NCBI GenBank assembly: GCA_012295275.1
Contig: CM022670.1
Coordinates: 26,040,001-26,104,000, forward strand
Direction: 5' to 3'
Length of the DNA stretch: 64,000 nucleotides
Source: Chrysomallon squamiferum
Taxonomy: Eukaryota; Animalia; Mollusca
Part shown: positions 24,142 to 39,100 of the stretch, in pieces
Layout of the letters: every line of letters starts with the position of its first letter
Numbering within the stretch: the stretch's first letter is position 1
The notes under the pieces: model-generated
Databases searched by the model: none
What the model was told of the DNA's origin: nothing
The model's input: the letters and a program-made list of their open reading frames with translations, nothing else
Made by a program: the position numbers and the translations under genes

Positions 24142-27100
24142 ATGGCAACTGGAGGTGTTTCAATGTCTAAGAAAGAAGTAAAGCAGCGAAGCAATTGGAA
24201 AAGGACGACCAGTTTTTCTGACCGAGATGATGCCTTGAGTTTGAGCAGTGTACCGAATGAAGTTCGTATTAATAACTGGGTAATTATCTTTGTACTACAT
24301 TCTTTGATTACTCATGAAACAAGAACTAATTTCAAATTGAATCTGTTTTGCTTTATTTTAGAAAAGTTATTTAATAATAATGAAAATGGATTACATAGTG
24401 GCAAAATATTAAAACATATTCTATATTTTAAATTTTTTCATTTTTTTTCAGGATTTCTCAGACTGGAAACCTACCACACAGTCACTTGATGGTAAACGTA
24501 AAAAGAAGTCAAAGGGCAACCCAGAGAGAGAAAGGGAACAATCTCTTTCACTAGACTCACCACCACAGACTGAGAAAAAACAACACACACCTTCCACATA
24601 TCCAAGAACCCGTATCACAGCAACAACACCAACTTCTCAACGAGTGGCCTTAGAAAATCTTCGGCAACATATGACATTTAGTGACTTTGATGATGTATGT
24701 AAAGCTTTTTCATTTTTAAAATTGTGTCCTCATACTAATTAGCAGGCTGTCATTCTTAAAAATAAGTTTTAACTAATGTACTAGATTTAAAAGAATATAA
24801 AATAATACAAAACCAATTCATTAAAGTAATCTTGCATTTAATTAAGATACTTAAATGGTTTACTTATCTCTTAATTGTCAATTAATGTATCATATTTTAT
24901 GATTGTTTAAAAAATACATGTTCAACAATAATATCTTTTTCACAATTGTACAATTTTTAATGAATTTTGCAGCAGGCCGGTGCAGAAGGTGAACCAAATA
25001 ACGAACGAGTTGTGAACACTGATCGTCATCGCCAGCCCAACTATAAACGCCCCGGTGCCTCAGGAAGCATGGATGATCTTCTTCGTCCAAACCGGGAGGT
25101 GAGAGTCAACTGCAATAACAACAGTGCTGAGGCTGAGGGGGCTTTAGGGGTAGGCAGGACATTTAAAAATATTTTGGGAGGTGATGAGTGAAATATAATT
25201 ACTACTACCACAGCATTTTGTTGGTTTAGCCTTTTTGATGGTGTTGAGTGTTTGAAACACAAACAAGTATCTTTTGTTTCTAAGCTAGATTTAAATTGGT
25301 TAAATGGGAATGTTGATGTAAATGTTTGACAGCTACTGTTACTTATTCTAACAATGATTTAAAATATACAAATGGTTCAGTTTAGACATTACATACTTTA
25401 TTTTTAATAAGCTCTATAAAATAAGAAATTTTATTTTATTTTATTTCATGTATTTTATTTGATGTGTTTGAAAATAAATGTGTAATTTAAATATTTAATG
25501 TTTCAGCCGGACAGTAACCAAATAGTTGGTCGACTGATGCAGATACGTGACTACATAAAACAAGCCTCTAGCATGATGGAAAATCTTCATAAATTTGGAG
25601 ATCAGGTTTTCATATAATCAATATTCATAAAAAAAATATAATAATATTCCAGCTGTTGTTGTACCATTGTAATGTAGGCATGAAAGAAATGACTGTTCTC
25701 ATATTTTATTTTTCATTCTATCATCAGTACGGTTTGATTAGCTTCAGATAAATGTGGAAAATGAATTAATGTTGAAGTCATTAAACATGACTTTGTACTT
25801 ATCTTTCATTATTAATGTTTTTACGAGATGGGTGTTAATGTAAATAGCTATAAATTAAAAGTTAATTTTGAAAATTTAAACTTGTTGTAGACTGATGAAG
25901 AAAGAGCTGCTAAGTTAAAACAAGTGATTACTTCGCTGAAAGAACAAGAACAAAACTGTCTGGACAACTTGCAGAAGCTCTGGGTTAGTTTGTTTACACT
26001 TTTGTTTTGTTGTTCTAGCGTTCTTATAAAGAAGACTTGGAAAAGTTGAAAAAGCTAGTAGACAATCTTAAAGACCAAGAGCATGGGTACATGGGCCTAC
26101 TTCAGGGCATGTTGGTGAGTACCAAGCTCATTTATCAGGTGTTCATTTTGAAGCCTTTTAGAGCATTTAATTTCCTTCATCTTCTCTAAATGTGTTGTTG
26201 GTTGTGGCTTAGCAATACAATTTTAATTTGCTAGCCAATTTAAGATTAAACTGATATTGTTATGGTGCAGTTTATGCAATCTAACCATTGAACTTGGTTT
26301 GGCATGCATGTATAATTAGGTAACAGTTCTAGATACTGTCAAAGCATCACTGAACTTGCCTTGTGCACGTCTATGTATATTTATGTTTGGCCCTGATAAA
26401 TAAAAATCCTTTTGTAAATAGACGTGTTTCTCAGATATTTGTAGCTACTCTGTATTTCTGATTAGTAGAAAGGATTCTTGAAAAGTAGTACATGGAAAAC
26501 CAGAGACAAATTTCAGAAAAGAAAATTACGAAAAAATGTGGAAAAATTGTTTCTTTCTTTTAAGGCAATGCGAGATGAAGCACTGTTACGGATGCCTAAT
26601 GGCACAGGCCCTTCTCCAGTTCAGGAGGAAGATAAACGTGATTCTGATGACACGATATCTGTGGATCTTGAAATCCATACAAATGCCTCTGAGACAACAG
26701 TAAGTTTGTGTTATATTTAATTCTTGGGTAATTTTGAGAATTATAAAAGGAATATCAGTAAATTAAACAAAATTTTCATGAATATTATTAAAACTAGTAA
26801 AATAAAATCAAGGTCATGATATGGTTAATTAAAAAAAAAAAAAAAAAAAAAAAATAGTAGTTTATAGAAAGTTCAATAATGTTTGTACTTTGTTGTTTTT
26901 ATTTATAAAGGAGGACAACACTCTGAGTTCATCATCGCGTCCTCGTATAGAGGATAAACTGGGGGATACTGATGGAGGTGAAAGTGAAAATTCCAACACC
27001 TCAGAGGCCTCTGAGAATATGGACAATACTGTTATTCCAGGTCACTTAAAAAGACATACACACTGGGATATTGACAGAGATGTTGAGGTATTTCTTAATA

Positions 27101-30100
27101 TTTTTAAAATATTATATTTCATATTTTAAAAGATAATTTCTAATTATTATAACTAGATTTTCTTTTTCAAAACATGAAATATTTTTAATACAAAATTTTA
27201 AATATCAATAAAGTTAATAGTCATTTATTATTTTTAAAAGTAATTACCCTTTAATCTGTCTTTTTAAAAAGCAAAATTAATATTAATGATTAAATCACTT
27301 ATATTTCAGTTAAAATTCTGAAATAAACATTGATAGATAAGCTATTTTATTTAGAAATTAAAAATTCAGAGTTTATTTTTAAAAAGTATTTTTTCCTCTG
27401 CAATCTTTGTAGTAGCTGTTCAGTGAAAAGATTTAATAAATATCTTACTTTGTTAATTGTGTTTTTATCGTATAAAACAAATAGGAGACTCCTGTTGTCG
27501 AGGTGAGCAATGAAAGAGAACAGATAGAACACCTAAAACATCAGGAAGAACTGCTGAAAATACTACTTGAAAAACAAGCTCAGGTGAGTTGAAATTCATA
27601 TTATTATTTCTAAGTTCATTGGTTTTGAAAGTGTTTGATTAAATTTTCATTAATTAATAACTGCATTGAGTTTTACAAATTTCAGAATAAATTTACAATA
27701 CATAGTTCTTTTATGATCTTTAAGGTTGATATTTCTGTTTTAATGGAAACAATTTTTTTTTAGCTGAAAGCTTTACAAGAACGACAGGATGCGTTGCTGA
27801 GTATGAAGGATAGTTGTGAAAAGCGATTAGCCATTGCTTCATCTAAACAAAAAGAAGGTTGGTTTCAAATTACATAATTGCAAGTTACCTCTAATACATT
27901 TCAGAATTATTATACAGAGGCTAAATTTAATTTTTTTATCTTATTGTATAAAAATTTCTATTCAAAAGGTATTTTAAGACAAAACAAAATTAAAAATAGA
28001 TTTTTTTTTTTTATAGGCAAAAAAGCCTAATAAGGAAAATTAACTTGTATCCATTTTACCTAAAATTTATTAGATACTGTTACAAAAATCAACAGTTATG
28101 TATGTATGTACATATTAATAGAAAAGGAAATCTGTTTTTATGAATTTTTGCTTTATTACCTAGTTTAATCAGATTGATCATTATTCTGATTTTAGACGAA
28201 ACTTATATTCTGCATTAATGAGAGTATAATTAACTGTTTATAAATACCTAAATACAATGTAAGGACAGAGTTCTAGTTTATTTTTGATGTTTAAGGCATT
28301 TAATGTCATTTACAAGATAACCCTTGGATTTTAAGTGAACGTTTGGAGAAATCTTCTAATGAATGTTTATAACATTTTTCACTGTTTTGTCTTCTTATCA
28401 TCCTTTCAGCAGCTGGAATAACAGCCCAGATAACAGCAGCAGTGGAAGAGGCTGGAGCACAAGCAGCAGTCCTGCGGCAGGATTTTCCACCACTGAAATC
28501 AAATATTGTAGGCTATCCAGAATCTGAGGAAGAAGAGCGAAATAGTGAACAGCATGTACCTAAAGAACTGGCTGATTTGAGACGAGATCTCAACATACTC
28601 AGAAATGAGTTAAAAACTGAGGTAACAGTTATTTTTAAAATCCATTAATTATTGGGATTCAAATTTTCTTTGTGTCTACATAATTTATTTTTAGAACTTA
28701 ATATAATAATTTATATAAAAATAGTTTTTGTTATGTAAAGTTTCATAAACAGATAATTTGGAAAAAGGGAATTTAATGGCAAATAAGTAATGTGAATAAA
28801 ATTTGATACTGTTAAAAACTTATAATCTTAGGAGTGCATATTATTTGTCTTTCTCTTTATGTTACTTGTATATGCTTTCAGACAAGCAATCTGAATAACA
28901 CAGAAGCAGAAACAGCAACTTTGATCAGCAACAGACAACAGCTGAAAGATAAAATGCGAGATTTGCAGGAAAAGAAACAACAAATGGATATACTACTTGG
29001 TCAGCTGCAGAATCTTAGGACAAGAGGACTTGATCAAGAGGATTATGCTAACACAGGTATTGTTGTTTTCATCATTTGCTGGCAGAATATCTAAATGTAA
29101 AGTTATGTTGACGCCAACATTTTTACAAAATGATTATTTTAGGTGTTTTTTCTTTTCATTCTTTATAACGTAAACACCTTCTACTAATCTTTCATATTAA
29201 CCAAAAATTTATTTAAATACCAATGAGTAACAATTTTATGTATAAAATTTTGATTCAATTAAAATTGTACAGCCTTTGGTAATCAACAAATATATTTTTA
29301 AAGATGATGACAACACAAGCCCAACATCATCCCAGGTTAAAATCACTGATTCACTGGGTGCTTCAGCTGCTGCTGGGGAAACTGCAGAGTCTGCCCAAGA
29401 GATGCTTGACATGATGGATGCACAAAATAAACTGAGGTAAATTTTTATTATCATTGTAATTTCATGATAGTTTGAATTACTTTGAGGTCCTTCAGAAAAA
29501 AATGGAACCTAAAGAGAAACTAAATTAAAATATTTATTTCAGATTCTATTGCAAATTCTTTTGTAATTAATTAATGTTGTTGGAATTGTTTTTTCCAGCC
29601 AGCTACATGATGTTCGTGACAGACTTAACAAACTGCGAGATTTGGTTCAGTATTATCAAACAACAAAACGTGACCATTCTGAAACAACAGAACAGGACGA
29701 GCAGTCATCTGTTCCTGGTTATAGTGATTATGGAGAAGGGGAACCAAGCAGGATCAGGTATACAGAGATAAATAAAACACTTTAAATCTAGAATAGAGAT
29801 TAGATATTAGTTTGAAATTATTTGTGGATTTTTTGTTGTTGTTGTTGTTGTTGTTTTAACAAAACAAAATTATCTTTACCTATGAAAAATAGTTTTCATG
29901 TATTTTTATTTTTCCAGTTTATTGTATAGCTAAGTATTAACTACTTATCAGTGTTAAAAAATCACAACTTGACTGACTTTATCAAACTGTATTTAACATA
30001 CATTTATAGCTTTGAAACTTGACACAAGTCACTTAGAAATACAAATTTCTGTATTTAAATAAAGGAGCGTGTGCATAATGTGCCAAATACTTTTACATAT

Positions 30101-33100
30101 TCACATCTATCTGTGGCATCTGTGCATTTATTTTGATTACTTCTTAACTTCAGCAATAGACAACAAGGAAATACTGATCGAACAAAAATGCCTGGACAAG
30201 AAACTTACACATTCCCTGGCATGCAAACAGCAAATATTTCTGCCCCAGAGCAGTCTGATGAAGAAAATGCTTCTGGAGGAGAATCTGATGAAGAATCAAT
30301 GGTATCAAGTCTTGGTCCTTGGGGTGATGATCCAGAAATACAGGAGAAAGTCAGGTTTGTAGACACAGTTCAGCAACATTTTGTTCCAAGGTCTGGACCT
30401 CTGTTTTACAGCAGTTAGTTCAGGCTATGTCATGAATATATTTTGAACAAAAAATGTTTCCGCCAGTTTTTACAGAATTTATACCATAGAGAGAGAGGGT
30501 TTTTTATTATTGTATTTAACTCTTCATGGTTTTGAGATCAGTAGAAATAATTCTTCTTTTTGTATTTAAGCTGAAATTTTGACAGTTAATTTCTTTTTTG
30601 ATGTATAGTTATTAGAATTCCTAAACTTTACATTCTGTTCTTAATTTGTAAATATTGTTTGGTTATATATTTCAATATGCATAATTTCACAGTTCTTAAA
30701 GGTGTGTGGGGAATGAGTTAAAAAAATATTTTTCTTTTCATAAAACAGAAAATTGAAGGCTGCTAAAGAAAAGCTACGACGACTTCAAGATCTTGTGACC
30801 ATTGTCCAGCAGTCTCCCGAGGCTGCCCTTGAACTTCCTGAAAATCTTTCAGCCAATTTGGATGATGATGATGTTGGACAAATTTCAAGAACAGCTGATC
30901 AGAATGTTGCAGTTAATGAAGGAGAAATTGGTGATCAAACCCGACAAAGGTATAGCGTTGGAGAATTTTTTAATAAATTTTTAGTGGTTAATCCAAACTA
31001 AAAATTCTGTTAGGCATAATATCACTTTAAATAAAATATGATTATATCTAACATGGTTTTGTTATGTCTATGATGGGCATCCAGAAATGACTGACAGTGA
31101 GTCCAAATTTAATTAAACAAAAGATAATTTTAAACAAGATTATTATGAGTAATGTAGAGCTGTTGTATTTCAGTACATCTAGACCTGAGATTCCTGTACA
31201 TATACAAAGAGGAGAACTTGAAAGTCTTAGAACTCAAACACAGGATTTGATGAGAGAAGTTGCAAGGTTAGCTATTCTTATTAATGCCTTAATTATTATT
31301 GAATTCTTTATTTCATAGGAAAAGTTACATTTTTAGAATTAGTTCAGTGTTTTATTTCAAATTCAATATAGATGTTCATTGTTATTGTTCTAACTATAGT
31401 ATTAATCAGTATTTGTAACTAATAAAACTGGATTATTATTTATCTCAATGAACCTAATAACAATGCAAAAGAATATTTATATATTAAAAAATATAAATCT
31501 TTAATCAAATTTGTTTATGCCTAATATGTTCCTAATAGTTCTTTTTTTACTGCTGTAGTGTTCAGACATCTGAAAGCCCATCACTTGAAGCCCAGCGAGA
31601 GGAGCTTGAACAACTGAAAGCTGAGAGACACAGACTTTTGGCAATCCAAAGTGCACTGCAACATCTGCAAGTCAGTGAAGATGTCATGGTACAAATAACT
31701 TAGTGTTATATTTGTCTGACACATAATGTGTAATGTGATTGTTCCATCTTTTATCTTGTGGAATTTATTCTACATTTACCTTGAATAAAGGCAATTTGTT
31801 ATTTGTGATTTTTAGTATTTTATCATACATAGTTTTAGAATTCTAAATTATTTTTATTTTTACAGAGTGAAGAAAGTGTTACACCAAGAGGAACAGATAA
31901 CCAGACTGAGAAAATGAGAGAAGAACAAGAACAACAGCAGTCCCATCAGAACACACCAGTTGTTACATGTGAGTCTCATTTATATCCTTTTTTTCCCCCA
32001 AGTATTAAAAATATATTTTAGTTGCATTTTTGTTAAATCTAAAGGCTCAAATTCTAAGATACTAATTAATGATTAATTTTTGTCTTATTTTACTAGTTGC
32101 ATCTAATGATGAATTATACAGTAAGATGCGGAAACAGAGAATTCTGCGGGAAGAACTGAGACAAAAGAAGAAAGAATTGGAAGCAATTATGAAGAAAGAC
32201 AGAAATAAGAAATCATATGTCAGAAACCAGGACAACCAGAGTGATACTGTTTCATACTCTACAGATGCATTTGCGTAAGTAATACACAGACCTTAATTAG
32301 AACTAATTTCAAAATCCTTTCATAAGTGGACCAAATGTTACTTTCAGTTTGGTTCTCTTGAACTTTTATTGAATATGATCTTTGGTTCTGTTTACAGGCC
32401 AAGTGCAAGTGTTGATGTTACAATGGCCACATGGGGTGGATCAACTGTTGACAATCTTGGTAGTATAACTGAAGATGAAGATGGCAATGATCGTGAAGCA
32501 GGAGATGAAGATGATGGTGAGTACTTTTAAAAACAGTCCTGGATGAACATCAATTTCCTTTTTAAGAATTAATGTTTTTTTTTTTTTTTTTTAATTACAA
32601 TCTTGTTCTCTTCATAACCTTGCACAACTCATAATTTTTTTTTCTGGGTTTTTATTTATTTATTTATTTATTTAAATTAAATTTGAATAGATAAGAGTTG
32701 TTAAAATTAAACCTTTTATATTTTACAGAAGTATATTAAATCTTTTTGTTATTATTCAGGTTACCCTAGTGATGGCATTGTGCAAGTGGAGGAGGAAGAA
32801 GAGGAACAGGATTCTGAGAATGGCACATACACTATAGAAGAAGATGCTAGGAAAAGACGCTCTGAGCGAGCTATGCGCAACATGGAACCTGTCCCCAGAC
32901 CAAAGACTGCTCGGGGCAGGACTCAAGGCTATCCTCAGCCTATTAGAAAACAGACAGGTTAGCATTTCAGGCAGTTACAAATGTAAGATCAGTTTTTATA
33001 AATATCTGTCTGTTTCGTATTATTACAAAACAAAAAAAATGAGAGTTGCATTGTTACTTATCAGTTTGTAAAACACTGTAAGATGATTAGACCAATTCGT

Positions 33101-36100
33101 TTTTTATTGATATTAATTATTAATTTTCTATTATTATTATATTTTAACCATATTTAAAATATTTTGAAATTTTTAGATTCCACACGACCCAAGCAAATGG
33201 CTGGAACATCTCAAAAAAAGAAAGGAAAAGGGAAGAAAGTTTCCAAAACTAAACAAGAGGTACATTTCTTATTTCATTATTTTCTAAAGGATTATTATTT
33301 CCTAAAAGATTATTATTTTTTAATTTATTGTCTGCATTACTTTAAATAAAACAGTTAATCATTTATTATTTTTAATTCAGAATTATCGTTCTCCAGAAGA
33401 GATAGTTAATGAAGCTGAGCAAAACAATAAAGGTCAAACATTAGCCATGCTTCAGCAACAGTTGGAACGAATGTCTCAGATGTGTCAGGCACTTTTAGAT
33501 CAACAGAATCTCAACCAAACTAATAGCAGTTTGTCATCTTCAGGTTAGATATTTCTCCTTCACTTACATTTATTTTTCTTTGTGCCAGTTTGTAATGGAA
33601 TATGATTTTATCAGAAGCTTTTGCTTTTCAATTTTAAATCAGTAAGAAAGAATTTAGTACTTTCCTCACTATTTTCGTTCATTATGTATACTGATATTAG
33701 AATAAGAAACAGAACAATTTATAGCAAAGTTTCTGTCCTTTATATAACAGCTTGTAAAATGATACACGTGTCAACCTTAATGACTACAATAAAACGGTTT
33801 ACTTCATATAGGAATGCTTCTGTCTCCAACTGCCATGGCACGTGGATCTATTGTCCCAGATTTGTTACAACAGCAGATACAACAACAACAGATGATGATG
33901 TGCCAGTGCTACCAGCAGTTGTCTATGCAGCAGATGGAGATACATAATCTATACCAGAATGTAAGCAAACTGTCGCAGCACACTGCCTCTGAGCTTGCAG
34001 AGGAGCACCGACCTAGTCCACTAGTTGTTCCCCATATGCCTCCTCTAGTGGCACCCCTGTCAGCTGTTCCTACCAGTGCAGGACTAAGTAATTTCAATAT
34101 ACAGTCTTCTGAGGAAACTACATTCACTTTGGAACCTCAGTCACCATTATTTCGGTGAGTAAAGCTTTTTCGGTATGGTTATAATAGTCTTAATGAAATT
34201 TTATTCTGAGGATATTTTTAATATTAATTTATTTATTTAAAAGAGATCATTCACATTTCTGTTGGTAATGTCACCGAATGGGGTTTTGAAAAGAAAAAAA
34301 TTGTCATTGGATGATACAATCGAAAATTATTTTTTCAGCAATATTATGTCTTATACCTTTTTATTATATTTTTATTTTATTTTATACCAGTGACTTGCCC
34401 CAGGATCGAACAGCAGCAGCTGCATCTAATGCAAAATGGGAGGACATTCTGAAGCAACAACCATCACATCCTAATGGAGCTCCATCTACTTTCCATGTTA
34501 ACAATCTCCGCCCAGCACCACCCCCTCGAGTGGATTCTTACCTCCACAGTGCTGGCATTCCAGAAAGTAGTTATGCCACAAACCAGTCTGCAAACAACCA
34601 GGTTAACATTCTGACACTGTCTGGACCAACAAAAGAGAAATCTTCTACAGACAATACATTTGAAATGCAGATTAATAGAAAGCGGTAAAACATTTATTCA
34701 TTACAGTGCAAAAACATGTTGAGCTGCATGTTAACCAGTTGTCTTTTGTCATTTTAATCAGATGAGATTTAGATTGAATTTTTAAAAAATGTAATTAACA
34801 ATTTATTTGTATTAATCATTACTTTTGTATCTGTCAATGATAATGTCAGATTGTGGATTGTAGTTTTTAAATGTAATCTACATTTTTATTTTTAAACTAT
34901 TTGTTATTGATGGAGGAAATAAAAATTATTAGCTCAGTAGTTTATTATTAAAACTATTATTCATTATTAATTTGTTACTTTATTTTGATGTTCTCTGTTT
35001 TTGTTGTCTTGCAGGAAAAGCCAACAAGAGCAGTCTGTAAAATCACAATCAGGTATCAGAAATTCAGATTTTGACTAGTTTGAATAGCTTGTTTGTTTCA
35101 TTTCATTAATTTATTATTTACATTTATTTTTGTTTTTTTGGCTTTCTAAACAGATAATTTCACCAATGAATAATCTTAAACTTTTGTTGGTTCCAAATGT
35201 GTGTGGTTGATATATAATCCATTGTACATATTTTATTTATTAGCACATATTTTAGTTTTCACTTCTGTTTCTGCAGGTGCTGGTAAAAAGTACTCAACAC
35301 CTACTTCTGACTCAACAGTGGCAAACTCAAGATACCAGTCTGGCCTAAGTACTAATATGAATGCTACAGGCTTTCAAGATATGCCTTCAGTATCTACTGC
35401 GAGAGGAGTTCCAACTTCAGCTTTTCAGGATATGCCAAGTTTGCCCACTGCTAGAAGAAATGTGGATACAGACCGCATCTTTGATCGAGCAAGGTACACC
35501 TAGTTTTCTAATAAGTCTATGATACAAACTAGAAAGAAATGGCAGTGAAGAGTTTATAATTTATTTATATTCTGAAAGACACATTTTTAAGCACACTTTT
35601 TTGTTAAAATATAATTTTAAAAACACATTCTTGTGCCATAATTTGACTGTCTGTTTGATAGCATTTATAACTTTTAATTACAGTAAAACATTTTTTCTTC
35701 ATTTTGCAATGATTGTTGAATCTTTTGTACAGAGATTACAGGTGTGCAGGGGAGTTGTCTCTCTTTGAAGCTTTGAAGGAAACTATCTACTCTGAAGTAG
35801 CAATCTTCATATCTCAGAATGAAAGCCGCCCACATTTTTTGATTGAACTGTTTAGAATTTTACAACAGCTCAATTCTGATTATCTTCGTCAGAGAGGACT
35901 CTATGCTATCCAAGATTTGATTTCAAAAACACTTTCAAAAGAAGGTGCCAGCAACACTGGACCATCAGTATGTTAATTGTTTATTAGAAAAACAGAGTAC
36001 CAATAGTACACTGATTTGATTTGGTAACAGTTAAATTTACACCAACATTTTTAACAAGCCTGAAAGTGAATGTGTGTTTTTAAAAAAAAATACCTAAACA

Positions 36101-39100
36101 GCACCAAATGTGTCATTGGTTGCAACTGTGATTCGGCCTGCAGTGACTATTTTGACAACATCCATGTCACTGGCATCCATCATATCAACAGTGTGCATCA
36201 ATTGACTGTGACCATCTAGCAATAGCTTGCTCAGTTTATGTTGATTTAATAATCATTATGTTGACATCATTAATATAGAATGTTTTTTTTAAACACATGC
36301 ACACATTCATTTTTATTTATACAGATGATTGTCTACATATCTATGTTCACAGGCAAAAATATTAAGGAACTGTTATTAATTTCCACTTTATTAAGGAAAA
36401 TTCTAAAGAAGGATTTCTTCTGTTGTTGTTTTTTTTTAATTGTTTTATCTTTATTATATTCTATGAAATTTATAAAACTTGTATTTTAATTTTTGATGTA
36501 AATTTTTTTTTATTTTGCAGGTACGTTCCTCATGGATGCCAAACACTGGTGAGAACTGGACAGCATCGGATTTAACTCCCAGTGAGAGTTTGGTGACATC
36601 AGATGAAGAGGAAATCAAAGTAAACTTCATTTATTATTGAATCATTCCACAGCATTAATAACTCAAAAACATGATGTTATCTGAGAATCTACTGCACATA
36701 AAAAGATAGACTATTGAAGTCTTTTTTGAATTAAACATTATTCTTTTTTTTGGAATATATCAACCCTCTCTTTTTCTTTTCCTTTTCTTTTTTTAATGTA
36801 GTTGGAAAATGATTCTTATGCAGGTAATTTAATAAAATTAATTTGTTATATATATTTCAGCTAAATATTGAAAGTATTTGTATTTCAGGCTCAGGTAAAA
36901 AAACATTTGGCTGCATCTGTGAAGAAGAAGAAGTTAAGTGAATTGCAGGCTTCAGGTTCCCTCCAGAATGATCAGTTTGACTATGTAGAGGTGGCAGACA
37001 ATACAAGTTCACTTTCAACACCTTCCACCAGTCTGTGGGATTCTCCATTTGCACAGGATTCTCTAGGGGACACAGTCATCCACTTTGATAAAGTAAAATT
37101 TTGTTTGAGTTTATAATTTTTAAAATCTAATGTTGATCTTAATTACATAAATACCAATGGTTTTTATTTGCATACTTTGAATAGGAATTTATATTCAGAT
37201 TTAAGATTAATCTAGTTTGGCATAGATTAAAATAGTCTTTAATTTATCATTTCAGTACATTTCAAACCACTGTATAAAGCTTCCACAACATTAGTACATA
37301 ATCTAAACTGTAATGTGAATGTTGAGCTAGCATAAGTTATAAACTTTTTGTATTTGTATTCAAAGGCAATAGAGAGAATGCAGGAGTATAAAAAGACACA
37401 AAAAGATGAGGAAAATGCAGAAGACAGAAGGTCATATCAAGGTATTCAGCAGAGGCTGAGAGAAGTTCGACAGGCAGCCATGTCTGACCAAGCAGGGATT
37501 AATTTGGATCAGGGAAGTGAGAGTTCTGAAGTTACTGTAAGTTTGCACAACAAAAATTAATTAGCAGATAATAAATTTGTCTGACCAGATGGTGTTTTTT
37601 TTACTTAAAAATAAAAATGTTAAAAATAAAAAATAAAAAAATAACTTATTTTAATTCTTTTTTTTCATTTATTTAAAAACATTTGTCATTAACTGTCATT
37701 ATTTATTAGTTAGAATTTATTTATAACTTACTATAATTAAACAAATAACTGATTGTATTATTTCAGGCAATCCTAATTTATTCTATGATTTACATCTACA
37801 CAAACAATGATAAACTTAATTAATATAAATAGCATTATACTTAATAAAACATTTTATTTTTTTTATTGTAATACAGTTTTTAATCAGCATGAAAGATTTT
37901 GACTGAGTTACAATATTTAACCTTGGAAAATCAAATAAAAACTAGACTTCTTTTTTTTTGTTATGTGACTAATAATTCGACAATACAAATAGGTTTGGCT
38001 GTTTATTTCAGTATCCACGTATTGATACAGCACAACTGGATCAGCAGATAAAGAGCATCATGACTGAAGTGATTCCTGTTATCAAGGAGCACATGGATGA
38101 CGTCTGCTCACCACAGCTGCTTGCTTACATCAAACGACTTGTTCTTTCTCTCACCAAACAACATGACACTGGACAGGAATTCACACACTTCTTTCACAGG
38201 CAGCTTGGTTCCATTCTTCAAGACTCCATGGCAAAATTTGAGGGCAGAAAGTATGTAGCTCTATTAATTCTGAATATTCTCAGTAAATAATTTTTTACTT
38301 TGTTAATACTGATTCTAGTTTCAGTTTTTGTTTACTAAATGCAAAGGATCTTAAAATAATGTTTATTTTGTTAATATTGATGTTTTTCAGTTTTGGTTTA
38401 CTAAGTAATCATTTTATTGAAATAATTTCAGGATGCGAGAATGTGGTGAAGAGATTTTGGTAGAAACATCAGAGGTACTTTTTAATGAATTAGCCTTCCT
38501 GCGACTTATGCAAGATCTTCATCAGCCAGTCAACTTGGCAGACAAACTTGTAGGAAAGACTTGGTTTCAGGTATTATTTTATTTATTATCTTTTTTAATA
38601 AGTATCAGAAAAAATTCAGATAATTATGTTTTAAATTCAATACTGACATTTCTGAACTATTTTAATAGTTATAAGATACACTTTCTAGATCAAGGAAAAG
38701 TGATTACAGTTTTTATTATCATAAACCTTTTTGATTTAAGATGTTGAAAAAGCACTTTCATTTTTTGTTATAGTCTGACCAGCCACTATCAAACAGTAAG
38801 GAAATGGCAGAGTTAGTTGGAGAAAATTCTGATGGCAAAGAATCGTCAGAAGACATGACTGATGAAGAAGGTGTGGACACAAATCTGAGAATGAATTTCA
38901 ATGAGGAGGAAGATCTTGGCAAGGTAATCATTGACAGCAAGCAAGTGAAGAAACTAAACAACAACCAAAAAATACATAATAATAAAAAAAATATTAATAA
39001 AGTATAGTTTATTATTTCACATTGTTTTGATAGACAGTGCTCTTAACATCCTCAGTAATTTTAAAAAGAAATGAAATTTATGACTGATGAGAAATTTTGG

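Noticed and set aside
34600-34606. Alternative donor CAG|GTTAAC inside a PCM1 exon
   Set aside because: Phase 0, incompatible with the phase-2 downstream exon at ~35015.
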